Origin: a virus
IMG/VR virus record: IMGVR_UViG_3300028393_000001
Location: 1 to 64,000 of that record
DNA length: 64,000 nt
Reading direction: 5' to 3' (one strand)
In this document: piece by piece, positions 1 to 9,440 of the stretch
Layout: every line of letters begins with the position of its first letter
How positions within the stretch are numbered: position 1 is the stretch's first letter
The notes under the pieces: model-generated
Databases searched by the model: none
The model's input: only the letters and a program-made list of their open reading frames with translations
Told to the model about the DNA's origin: nothing
Program-made: the position numbers and the translations under genes

Positions 1-2
1 AC

Positions 3-707
3 TGAACTTAGATCAGTACCTGTAAATGTTAGGGTATTGCTTGCTGTTAATGTTTTACCCTCTGCAATAGTTAGGGTAGAGCCAGTTGCTGGAGCAGTAA
101 TAGCTACTTTATTAATTGTAGTAGCTGTGGCAACACCCAGCGTTGGTGTTGTTAGTACTGGGCTCAATAGTGGTATACTAATAACACCATTATTAATTGT
201 AATAGTAGTACCATCGACTTTTACACCGCCTAGTACACTAGTACTTGCTACCGGAATTCCTCCTGAAGGTAGTCCAGTATAGTATAGTTGCCCTGATGCA
301 TTATATGCTAAAGTTGAGCCATCTACTTTAACGCCACCAAGTACTGATGTACTAGCTGTAGGTAAAGTATAAGAATATGGTGCACTAATTACACCATTAT
401 TAATTGTAATAGTAGTACTATCAACTTTAACACCGCCAAGTATTGATGTAGTGGCTATAGGTAATGAGTATGAGTAAGCAGGAGTACCACTTATAACACC
501 ATTATTAATTGTAATGGTTGTACCATCAACTTTTACTAAGCCTAAAACAAGATTAGTAGCTGTGGGTATAGTTGCCCAACTTGTGCTAGTACCATCAGTA
601 ATTAAATACTTTCCACTATTACCAGCAACTGTTGGTAATACCATACTTGATGATAAGACATTTAGTTGAGTAATATAGTCTGTTTGACCAACATAAAAAC
701 TAGGCAT
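3..707 (-). CDS. Tail fibre protein, N-terminal part (runs off the window edge)
   Basis: Read manually: ATG at 707 directly after the stop of the upstream gene. Translation MPSFYVGQTDYITQLN... contains four repeats of PxA(T/S)xxxLGxVKVD(G/S)xT(ITINNGVIS), typical of tail fibres. No stop before position 1. Confidence 0.75.
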   Translation of the reverse strand, partial: MPSFYVGQTDYITQLNVLSSSMVLPTVAGNSGKYLITDGTSTSWATIPTATNLVLGLVKVDGTTITINNGVISGTPAYSYSLPIATTSILGGVKVDSTTITINNGVISAPYSYTLPTASTSVLGGVKVDGSTLAYNASGQLYYTGLPSGGIPVASTSVLGGVKVDGTTITINNGVISIPLLSPVLTTPTLGVATATTINKVAITAPATGSTLTIAEGKTLTASNTLTFTGTDLSS

Positions 708-1664
708 TTAAATCTCCTCAATATCAACAGTAGTACTGTATATTTCAAACATAGGATGTACTAAATCAGGTAATTGAGATAATTTTCCGTAAATCTGATG
801 TGCTTGTTCTTTATCCCAGTCCTCACTATTATCTGGAAATAGGCTAATTACTAGTGGTCGTGGTAACCCATTACCACGTAAAATTCTAGTAAACTCTAAT
901 CTATCTGAAGGTACTAAATACTTTAAATCAAAATTCATACTTCTATAACTAATGCCACGGTTTGTAACAAGATCGCCAGACTCAGTACGAGTATGTGCGC
1001 TTAGATCTTTAGTAGTAGAAGATAGTCCAAAAGAAGTATTATACTTAGGATACCAGTATGACCCAATTACTAACCTTGAAGCCTCAATGTAGGGGCTCTG
1101 ATTTTGTGAGTCTACTATTTCAATTAAGAGGCTAGTACAAGCAGCTTGCGAGGCTAAGGGTATCCAAACTCTGCCGTAAGTTCCTCCACCATAGGAGTAG
1201 CTATTGACTCCTAGGGGTAAGGTGCCCCAATTCCATAAGCCCAATACCTGATAGGGACAGGCCATAATTACACCTGAATCAAACCTTAAGGTACCAGTAG
1301 CCGTAGTTGTTGGTGAGTCTACTGTTCCACCAAGTGTTGGTGCAGTTCCAGTATACCCACGTACTCTTATTGTTGCAGCTGAGGATAGGTTGCAAAAGGG
1401 TAGTATAACGCCACCAATATTTGAACTACTTAAACTAACTACTAAGTTAGCCTTAGCAGTATATAGTCCATTCACTACACTAGTAGTAACAGAACCAGAT
1501 CTCCAAACTAGGGATTTGGAGTCTAGTTTCATGTTCGAGGCTGGGGTGCTCGCAGATGCTGTACTAGAGGCAGTTAGGGTAGTTGTACTAACATCTACCA
1601 CATTTTGATAAATTATTCTTAAATTATTCGCTGCCACTATTAACCTCCTGGTGGCACGGGCCAC
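708..1664 (-). CDS. Tail tip/baseplate-associated structural protein
   Basis: 318-aa ORF coupled within the tail operon, Thr/Ser-rich beta-type composition. Confidence 0.55.
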   Translation of the reverse strand: MARATRRLIVAANNLRIIYQNVVDVSTTTLTASSTASASTPASNMKLDSKSLVWRSGSVTTSVVNGLYTAKANLVVSLSSSNIGGVILPFCNLSSAATIRVRGYTGTAPTLGGTVDSPTTTATGTLRFDSGVIMACPYQVLGLWNWGTLPLGVNSYSYGGGTYGRVWIPLASQAACTSLLIEIVDSQNQSPYIEASRLVIGSYWYPKYNTSFGLSSTTKDLSAHTRTESGDLVTNRGISYRSMNFDLKYLVPSDRLEFTRILRGNGLPRPLVISLFPDNSEDWDKEQAHQIYGKLSQLPDLVHPMFEIYSTTVDIEEI

Positions 1665-2071
1665 ACTATATTAAAGGGATCTGCTTGAGTAGTAATATCC
1701 CGTAGGGCTTGACGGTATGTCTGCCACTGTTGATATAGTTCATCACCTAATCTAGCTTTTGCTGATAGGGTATCTGTCCAGTCAGAGGCAGTTAATCTCA
1801 TATTTCTACCCATTTTTATTAATTCCCATCTTTGCTCATCTGTTTGATTTTTTTCCCATTGTTTTGTATCATGGTTAAATATTGAGTAATTATTTGGTGC
1901 AGTAGGAATAAGGGTAGGTTGCTTATTTTCTATATAGTACTTATCTCCTCCATAACTACCTTCTATATAATCCTCAGTTGAGCTATCATAATTTATTAAA
2001 ATATGTGGCTCATCACATTGAAGCACTTTTTCTATTTTACCGTTTTTAATATTAAATATAGTAATAATCAT
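1640..2071 (-). CDS. Tail fibre assembly chaperone
   Basis: C-terminal motif R..RN.rL..SDWT...WQTYRQALRDIT.Q..P..I.WP.PP. The real start is probably ATG 2071 (ATGA overlap with the upstream stop), not 2233. Confidence 0.8.
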   Translation of the reverse strand: MIITIFNIKNGKIEKVLQCDEPHILINYDSSTEDYIEGSYGGDKYYIENKQPTLIPTAPNNYSIFNHDTKQWEKNQTDEQRWELIKMGRNMRLTASDWTDTLSAKARLGDELYQQWQTYRQALRDITTQADPFNIVWPVPPGG

Positions 2072-5000
2072 TTTTTTAACTCTATTATGCTTGCACTTCT
2101 TTGTTGTGCGACAGAGGTAGCATTGGCGTTGGATGCAGCATAAAGATAGTATGTAGCAGTACCTGCACTTGGAGTATCTACAAAAGTATATGAGAAAGGT
2201 CCATATATAGGTGTAGGATCTATAAATTCCCATACTTGAATACCACCAATAGGAATAGTAATGTTTAAGATAGATGTATTCGTACCATTTTGGTTTCTAT
2301 ATATCTGTATATTAACTTGAGATGCAAAAGTACCGCCATTATTGCCCCCTGTATAATAGAATCCTGGACTAATTAATGCTGACATACTTACTAAAATAGG
2401 TTTACCTGTAGTAGTAATAGAGGCATTTGCAATACTTGCTCCAGTACTATAGAATATACTTCCACTAAATAATGCTCCTACTGGTGATGTTACTGCATTA
2501 TCTTGAATATTACCTGTAGTAATAATATTTGCTGCGGTTAGATTTCCACTAAATGAGCCTGAGGCAGCTGATAGAGTACCACTAAAGGTTCCGGTTGCTG
2601 CTGACAAGGCACCTGAAAAGGTTCCGGTTGCTGACTGTAACTCACCTCCAAAATAGGCATCTCCTGCACTAGTTATAGAAAACCTAGTAGTACCAGTTTT
2701 TCTACCTACTATGCCATTAGGTCCTATAAATATTCCAGTATCTGGAACACCTGTAGCAGCATTTATTGCACCTACTACAATTGCTCCATCTGTACCAAAG
2801 CTAACTTTAGCACTTAGCGTATCATTAGCCGATTTACTAAGCTTAGTATTAGCATTAGCATTTGCGGCTGTAGCTGCATCATAAGCTGAATCAGCTTTTG
2901 CCTGTGCAGTAGCAGCATTTGATATAGCTGTAGCTGCACTTGCAGTTGCACTATTAGCAGTTGATTGAGCTGTAGCGGCATTTGCAGCAGCAGTATCTGC
3001 AGCTACTTGTGCAGCATATGCTTCAGTAATGTCTGTAACACGTACATTTTGAAACTCTACTCTGCCACCACCCGTACTAGGATATCCTAATATAATATGT
3101 GCGGCAGCTTTTACTGTACCAGAATATAAACTATTAGGTGCAAAATCTGAAGTAAAAGTTTGAAAACTAGTAGTTAAAGAAGATGCAACACTCCAAGCTG
3201 CATTAGTATAAGCACCCCAAGTATATTGTGAGTTACCATTTATATCATAATTTAGTAAGCCTAAATATACAGTACCTGAGGTAGCTCCAGCAGTTTTACG
3301 TATATATGCAGTTACTCTATATCTTCTAGTACGATCAACTATAAACTGTTTTGACTCAGCTAAATGTTCTCCGGTACTGCCTACAATAGCTGTTGTACCT
3401 GATAATCCACCACTAATTGTAGCAATATAAGCCGCTGGCCAAATAACAGGATCACTACAAGTAGGATCATAGTTAAGCACATTAGAAGCTGCAGCTGCTG
3501 TATCCGCAGCTTTTTGTGCGGCAACGGCCGCGGCTTGAGCTGTTACGGCTGCAGTTTGAGCAGTATTGGCTACTGCTATAGCTGCAGTTTGAGCTGCAGT
3601 AGCTTTAGTTGAAGCATCAGTAGCAGCAGCAGCTATAGCATTCGCCTGAGCAGCAGCAGATTTATTTGTAGCATCTGATGCTGCATTATTTGCAGCAGTT
3701 TGAGCAGCTGCAGCTACTGTAGCCGCATTAGCAGCATTAGTAACTGCAGTATTAGCAGTTGATTGAGCCGTGGACGCAGCAGATGCTGCATTAGCTGCAG
3801 CAGTAGCTGCATTAGCAGCAGCAGTGGCTGCAGTATCCGCTGCATCTGCTGCAGCTTGTGCTTCAGTTATATCATACCATTTAAAACCTTGAATTTCCCA
3901 GTAGCCTGCATTACCAGGATAACTACCACCACCATTGTAACTACCTAACCAGTCAGGTTGTATGTATTTTACATTTGCTTGCCATGTAGTAATACTATTC
4001 CAATAAGATTCGTATAGTCGCCAATCAGTATGCGGTGTTACACCTGACGGATTATATGGACTTCTTCCACCATTAGTATCACAAGGAGTACCCAAATTAT
4101 CTTTAAACTGTCGAAGAGTAAAATATAGTATGCCATTAGTACCTGATGCAGCTCTAGCCCAGAATCTAATTTTAAATTTTCTTGCTGTATCTAGGGGGTG
4201 ATATATGCCATCATTGTAAAAAGTACTATTAACAGACCTAGCTACCGTATTACCCTCTTTACCATCTGTAATTGTCTGAATATTTGCACCGGGCCAGTAC
4301 TGTACATCAAGTGCCAGGGAGGGGCCACTTTCCATAACTGCATTAGACCTAGCTATCATAGCAGTATTAGCTGCAGTTTGTGCAGCATTAGCTTTAGCAG
4401 TAGCATCAGCAGCAGCTGTAGCAGCAGCAGCATTAGCTTTAGCAGTAGCATCACTAGCAGCAGTTGTAGTTGCCGACGTAACAGCTGCATTAGCCTTAGT
4501 AGTAGCATCACTAGCAGCAGTTGTAGTTGCCGACGTAACAGCTGCATTAGCCTTAGTAGTAGCATCACTAGCAGCAGTTGCTATTGCTGTACTATTATTA
4601 ATATCATCAGGAACTGTAGTAGCCGAAAGTAAGGTTGCTCCTGCAGCGTTAAATACGCTACCACCTTTTAAAGTTAAAACTCCTGTACTACTATCAAAAG
4701 CTAGTGAAGATGAGTTATCTGCATTACCGATTCTGAACTTTGCATTGCCGCTATCATTACCTAAGAAGAATCCTGCATTAGTAGCATTTGCAAAAGTTGA
4801 TTTACCTGACCACAATGCTCCGCTGGAAGCTATTGATACAACACCTAAATTTGCTGAAAGTGCTGATAGGCTACCTACTTTTAAGTTACTTAGGTAGGGT
4901 ATGCCCCAAGTTATATTAGTAGTATTAGCACTATATATACCATCGCTTTGGTACATATACTGACCATCGGTTAAGGTAGCAGTAGCAGTAGCAGACCAAC

Positions 5001-7221
5001 CATTAGGAACTGCAGGTGCCGTGGTTACTCCTGGTTGTGCAGGAGGTGTGCTACTTGTAGTAACTATATAGGCAATACGGTAGGAATCTCCTTGTACACC
5101 TATTGTACCATCATTACGATAGCCAATAGTATTAACTGAAGACCCACTCCAATTTGCATTAGTAGTAGCTGCTAGGGTAGTATCTGTAAGTGTTATATTA
5201 CGTTGATAGAGAGTATAACCATTACCTGGTGCAGCTCCTGCAGCTGCACTCCACCCACTAGGATATGCACTTATTGCTGCTGTATTCCAATTATAGGTAA
5301 AAGCACCACTATAGGCTGGCGCGGAAACTGCCCAGTAGTACATACTAAGCGTTATTGACTTCTTGCCTTCTGCTATACCATACTTACCAATACTAATATA
5401 GTCAACCGCAACACTAGCACTTACTGCATTAATAAAGTCAAACCTTAATTGAGTAATATTACCGCCAGTTAAATATTCAGTACCACCAGCAGTTAGTGAA
5501 CGCATGTCTACGTTAATAGTAGTCCATACGTCTAAAGCTGGTTGTGGAATAGCTTTGTAATAATTTCCGCTCTCGCCATGACTAGGGTTTGCGTAAAATA
5601 CGAAACCTTCCCATGCACCGCTAACCCATTTAACTCGCATACTAATTATATATGAGTTATTAGGAACTAAGTCAAGGTTTGTTAATCTTAAATTCTGATC
5701 AATAACAGTATTAGTAAGGAGAGTAGCTGTATCTGTCTCGTAAGTAGCTACAGTGCCAGGAAAAGTTACATTACTTAGTAGGGTTGCACCAGCAAAATCA
5801 TAGTTAACCAGTGGATTTATATTTGATCCATCTGCTGCAGGCTTACTCTTATCCATAGTATACTGAAGATCAATTGTAACACCTTTATATACAGCACGTA
5901 GTATTGCAGTTGATATTATTACATCAGTCCCCATAGCACTAACAGTATATACGCCTGTTGAGGCAATACTAATAGTTAATCCTGTAGAGCTGTATACTGA
6001 ATAAGTAACAGCAGCATCTCCGGTTTTATTTGTAATACCGTCATAAACATAAAAAGTACCACTAGTATTGGCAAAACTAGATACATTACCGTAAACATCA
6101 CCTATTACTGTTGATGTCGGATTGCTTAAATTACCTACTATTGAATCTACGCCTGGTTTAATTCCGATTATCGATGCAATATCGGTAGCCAGTATTGTGC
6201 TACTATTAGTTCCTTCACGTATCTTTACTGTAATCTGCTGAGGCATTGATGCATATGCAGCTAAGGGAGTATAAGTATAAGTATTAGTAGTAGTATTCTG
6301 CTTACTAACTCCAGCTACAAAGAACTCATAGTATACAGTACCACTAGTATTTTGAGGTGTTGCTGTAATAACAGTATTTGCTGGGCTAGGTGTGCTGCCA
6401 TCACTTAAGTATGCAAAAGCTTGTGTACCAATTGTTAGATCAACTGCACGAGCTGAAGATCCTACTACACCATTATTTACCTTATTATAGACAACTTTTC
6501 TAGTATACGTAGTAGCTACCGGAGTTGCGGAAGAGTCATATACATTTATAGTAAATGTAATTGTAGCACCGTCAAGTGCAAGTGCACTTATTCCTGACAT
6601 AGTAAAAGATGTACTTGTACTTGTGTATGTACCTACTAGATTACGTGTTAAATTACCATCGTCTGCTATACTTACTGTGAAACTATTTGGTGTAGTACTA
6701 TTAGTACTATAAGCTAAATTAGTAGTACCACGACTTACTGCAATTGTTATATCTGTATTATTAAAAGATATAGGGGTACCATTAGCATCACAAGTTACTA
6801 ATACATTAGTTCTACTTAAGGTAATGAAATTAGACTCTGCACCCTCTGAGCTATAAGTTACAGTATAGTAGCCATATGCACTATCTAGTAGGTTTTCTGA
6901 GATTATGCATCTGTACTGTACAGATGCATTTGTAATCCATGAGTCGCTACTATTTAGGGTCCAAGTTTTTCCAGTACCTAGAGTAATCCAGGTATTAGGA
7001 GCGCTACTTAAAGCATATGACCAAGTATAGACTGCATTACTTGAAAATACTGATCCAGAAGGGGTAGCAGTTAAAACAATAGTTTGAGGAAGAATTGTTA
7101 CACTATTTTTACTTGCTAAAAATGCAGATGCTGTACCAGTAATAGCAAGGTTAGTTTGTTTTGATCTATACTTAGCAGCTTGTAAAGCTAAATCCCTATC
7201 ATTTAAAATTGGTGCTGTCAT
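2068..7221 (-). CDS. Large tail fibre / receptor-binding protein with Ala-rich coiled coils and carbohydrate-binding-like modules
   Basis: 1717 aa. Ala-rich helical repeats separate aromatic-rich beta-sandwich-like modules, followed by GTFSG(A/T)LSAA repeats near the C-terminus. A tail chaperone gene follows. Confidence 0.75.
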   Translation of the reverse strand: MTAPILNDRDLALQAAKYRSKQTNLAITGTASAFLASKNSVTILPQTIVLTATPSGSVFSSNAVYTWSYALSSAPNTWITLGTGKTWTLNSSDSWITNASVQYRCIISENLLDSAYGYYTVTYSSEGAESNFITLSRTNVLVTCDANGTPISFNNTDITIAVSRGTTNLAYSTNSTTPNSFTVSIADDGNLTRNLVGTYTSTSTSFTMSGISALALDGATITFTINVYDSSATPVATTYTRKVVYNKVNNGVVGSSARAVDLTIGTQAFAYLSDGSTPSPANTVITATPQNTSGTVYYEFFVAGVSKQNTTTNTYTYTPLAAYASMPQQITVKIREGTNSSTILATDIASIIGIKPGVDSIVGNLSNPTSTVIGDVYGNVSSFANTSGTFYVYDGITNKTGDAAVTYSVYSSTGLTISIASTGVYTVSAMGTDVIISTAILRAVYKGVTIDLQYTMDKSKPAADGSNINPLVNYDFAGATLLSNVTFPGTVATYETDTATLLTNTVIDQNLRLTNLDLVPNNSYIISMRVKWVSGAWEGFVFYANPSHGESGNYYKAIPQPALDVWTTINVDMRSLTAGGTEYLTGGNITQLRFDFINAVSASVAVDYISIGKYGIAEGKKSITLSMYYWAVSAPAYSGAFTYNWNTAAISAYPSGWSAAAGAAPGNGYTLYQRNITLTDTTLAATTNANWSGSSVNTIGYRNDGTIGVQGDSYRIAYIVTTSSTPPAQPGVTTAPAVPNGWSATATATLTDGQYMYQSDGIYSANTTNITWGIPYLSNLKVGSLSALSANLGVVSIASSGALWSGKSTFANATNAGFFLGNDSGNAKFRIGNADNSSSLAFDSSTGVLTLKGGSVFNAAGATLLSATTVPDDINNSTAIATAASDATTKANAAVTSATTTAASDATTKANAAVTSATTTAASDATAKANAAAATAAADATAKANAAQTAANTAMIARSNAVMESGPSLALDVQYWPGANIQTITDGKEGNTVARSVNSTFYNDGIYHPLDTARKFKIRFWARAASGTNGILYFTLRQFKDNLGTPCDTNGGRSPYNPSGVTPHTDWRLYESYWNSITTWQANVKYIQPDWLGSYNGGGSYPGNAGYWEIQGFKWYDITEAQAAADAADTAATAAANAATAAANAASAASTAQSTANTAVTNAANAATVAAAAQTAANNAASDATNKSAAAQANAIAAAATDASTKATAAQTAAIAVANTAQTAAVTAQAAAVAAQKAADTAAAASNVLNYDPTCSDPVIWPAAYIATISGGLSGTTAIVGSTGEHLAESKQFIVDRTRRYRVTAYIRKTAGATSGTVYLGLLNYDINGNSQYTWGAYTNAAWSVASSLTTSFQTFTSDFAPNSLYSGTVKAAAHIILGYPSTGGGRVEFQNVRVTDITEAYAAQVAADTAAANAATAQSTANSATASAATAISNAATAQAKADSAYDAATAANANANTKLSKSANDTLSAKVSFGTDGAIVVGAINAATGVPDTGIFIGPNGIVGRKTGTTRFSITSAGDAYFGGELQSATGTFSGALSAATGTFSGTLSAASGSFSGNLTAANIITTGNIQDNAVTSPVGALFSGSIFYSTGASIANASITTTGKPILVSMSALISPGFYYTGGNNGGTFASQVNIQIYRNQNGTNTSILNITIPIGGIQVWEFIDPTPIYGPFSYTFVDTPSAGTATYYLYAASNANATSVAQQRSASIIELKK
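4444..4580. repeat. 57-bp tandem repeat (~2.4 copies) encoding TAASDATTKANAAVTSATT
   Basis: AGTAGCATCACTAGCAGCAGTTG recurs at 4444, 4501 and 4558. Confidence 0.85.
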
Positions 7222-9338
7222 TAAATAATTACCTCTACATTAATTGTACCGTTTACCCAGTCAGGGCTAAGGGTTATTACTTGTCCAGTTTTACCAGCTG
7301 TTAACCCAAATCTATTGTGTGTTAGTGTAACTTGTTGACCTAACTTTAAATATAGTAATTTAGCTGTGCCAGTAAAAGCATATACTGTATGGGGTACTTT
7401 AAAGTAGTTATTAAGTGTAGTAGCCAGTACATTTGCATCTGATCCACTAATTAAATTAGTATCTATTTGTATAGGTGTACTATCTAATTTATAGGTTGCC
7501 TGTACATTAGTATCTATAACAGTTTGAGAGTACCATGCATCATTAAACATATAATTAGCATCACTAGGTATACTACCAGCTAAGGCTGTTTGAGGAGTAT
7601 AATTAAGCGCATAACCAACTTTGGTAGCTGCTATTACTTTAGTTTTATTAGATATATGTAAACTATGGTGTAAAATATCTCCATCAGTAATACTCATTAC
7701 AGCATCTGTAGTAGGTGTACCTAATTGCAATAATTGTAGCAATCCTTTTCTATTAAAGAAAAGTTGCGCATTAGCACTACGGGCAAGTTTCTGACAGACT
7801 TCTAGTACATTCACTCTGTCTTTAAGTGCAATACCTACAGCGGCAGTATTAGCAGCAACAAAACTTCTTAAATTAACTAGGTCTAGGTCAGCTGAAGTTA
7901 GTCTATTACTAACCTGACCATATTGGGTAACTATAAGTGTAATTATATTCGCTATATTATTAGTATAGGTAGAAAGCAATCCAGCAGTTCCAGTTCCGCT
8001 TAAATCTACAGAATTCTTCAACCCCTGTAAGCTCATGGTAACAGTACCATCAGGCGGGGATTTTAAGGTAAACTTACCAGTAGTTAAATTTATTATAGCT
8101 CTATCAGGTCTATTAATATTACGTACTCGTATAGTACCTGAAGCAGTTGCAGTAGTTAAAACAAATGTATTTCCATCTGCTAATTGGGAAATAGTAAAAG
8201 CAGTGGGGGATACTATAGTTTTTACATAGTAGGTTGTACCTGATACAATACCACCAATTGACGTATCAAATATAATGGACATTCCAACAGATAAATTTTG
8301 CGTACTAGCGCAAGTAACTTGGTTTGTAGTTGCGGCTGTTGAGGTTACTGTAGTACCGTAAACTGTAACATCAGTATAAATTGGTACTCCATTATCACGT
8401 ATCTCAATTGCTAGTTCTGTATTATAAACATTTGCCTCTGCCTGTACTCCATTAATTAGGCTACCTGTAGTTGTCAAATTAGCTGAAGTTAAGGCAAAGG
8501 GAGTTCCTCCACTTGTTGCGGATACTGTAAATGTAGTAGCCGAATCAATAGTTTTAACGTAGTATACGGTATTAAAAACCAAATTACCAAAAGTACTAGG
8601 GTACGCAGTAATTGAAAAAGTAAATACTACTGGTGCATTTAATATGAAGCCCGCTGTACTCATACAAGTAATAAGATTAGTACCAGTTGTAGTACTTGTT
8701 ATTTGTGTTCCAACATTAGTATCATTAAACATATACTCTAAATAAGCTGGATCTACTAATACTGGTGACATATTAAATACTTCACCAAATACAAGTGGAC
8801 GTATAGTATCCTGATTTGTCTGCCCATTTGCCCAAGTACCATAAATTCCAAGTATATTATCACTTATTGGATAGTTAAGACGGTTTAGTTTATCGCGTAC
8901 TTTTACATTAATAGACTCTCGCGCGCTTGAATCTACATCTTCAATAATACCATCAAATACTTTTTCGAACACAGTATGTACATCAGCTAGAGTAGCTGCT
9001 GTCCAGGTTGGGTCACCTAAATAAACTTGAACAGCTCTGCTATCCCAAATATATTTAGTTCTATCTAGCCAGTCATCTAAGTCGCCATTGTAATTAGCTA
9101 TCTGTATATCACCAAAACTCATTGATAAACTACCATCAATAGTAAGTGATTCAGTTGTCTGTATATTGCCACTAACATAGGGCAGGTACGTTACATCAGC
9201 ACTAGTTGTAGTATAGCCAATATTAGATAGATAAAATGTCGTCTCCGTTCCAGTAGAGACATTTTTTGCAGTAATTTCTACTAATAAGCCTAGTATGTGG
9301 GTAGGATCTGCTAACCACGCTTGAGTTACATTACTCAT
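7221..9338 (-). CDS. Tail tip / baseplate hub-like protein with two inserted beta-barrel repeat modules
   Basis: 705 aa, downstream of the tape measure. Two similar modules (..YYVKTI.S.T.FT.S...G..F.LT) and a C-terminal LKLGQQVTLTHNRFGL motif typical of tail-tip proteins. Confidence 0.6.
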   Translation of the reverse strand: MSNVTQAWLADPTHILGLLVEITAKNVSTGTETTFYLSNIGYTTTSADVTYLPYVSGNIQTTESLTIDGSLSMSFGDIQIANYNGDLDDWLDRTKYIWDSRAVQVYLGDPTWTAATLADVHTVFEKVFDGIIEDVDSSARESINVKVRDKLNRLNYPISDNILGIYGTWANGQTNQDTIRPLVFGEVFNMSPVLVDPAYLEYMFNDTNVGTQITSTTTGTNLITCMSTAGFILNAPVVFTFSITAYPSTFGNLVFNTVYYVKTIDSATTFTVSATSGGTPFALTSANLTTTGSLINGVQAEANVYNTELAIEIRDNGVPIYTDVTVYGTTVTSTAATTNQVTCASTQNLSVGMSIIFDTSIGGIVSGTTYYVKTIVSPTAFTISQLADGNTFVLTTATASGTIRVRNINRPDRAIINLTTGKFTLKSPPDGTVTMSLQGLKNSVDLSGTGTAGLLSTYTNNIANIITLIVTQYGQVSNRLTSADLDLVNLRSFVAANTAAVGIALKDRVNVLEVCQKLARSANAQLFFNRKGLLQLLQLGTPTTDAVMSITDGDILHHSLHISNKTKVIAATKVGYALNYTPQTALAGSIPSDANYMFNDAWYSQTVIDTNVQATYKLDSTPIQIDTNLISGSDANVLATTLNNYFKVPHTVYAFTGTAKLLYLKLGQQVTLTHNRFGLTAGKTGQVITLSPDWVNGTINVEVII

Positions 9339-9363
9339 AAAATCTCCAAGATCAATTTACCCT

Positions 9364-9392
9364 ATTATACTCGGTTAGGTAAAATAAGTCAA
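9364..9392 (-). promoter_or_regulatory. sigma70-type promoter for tail tip genes
   Basis: TTGACT-N17-TATAAT on the minus strand. Confidence 0.8.
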
Positions 9393-9412
9393 GCATAATT
9401 TTTATTAGGCAT

Positions 9413-9438
9413 AAAAAAGCCCGCATTAAGCGGGCTTT
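9413..9438 (-). terminator. Rho-independent terminator after the tape measure gene
   Basis: AAAGCCCGC-TTAAT-GCGGGCTTT hairpin followed by a T-tract on the minus strand. Confidence 0.8.
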
Positions 9439-9440
9439 CC

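Noticed and set aside
2072-2233. N-terminal extension of the tail chaperone ORF
   Set aside because: It overlaps the fibre gene out of frame. ATGA coupling at 2068-2071 marks the real start.
3763-4632. Short Ser/Cys- or Leu-rich ORFs overlapping the tail fibre
   Set aside because: Alternative-frame shadows of Ala-rich GCT/GCA codon repeats.
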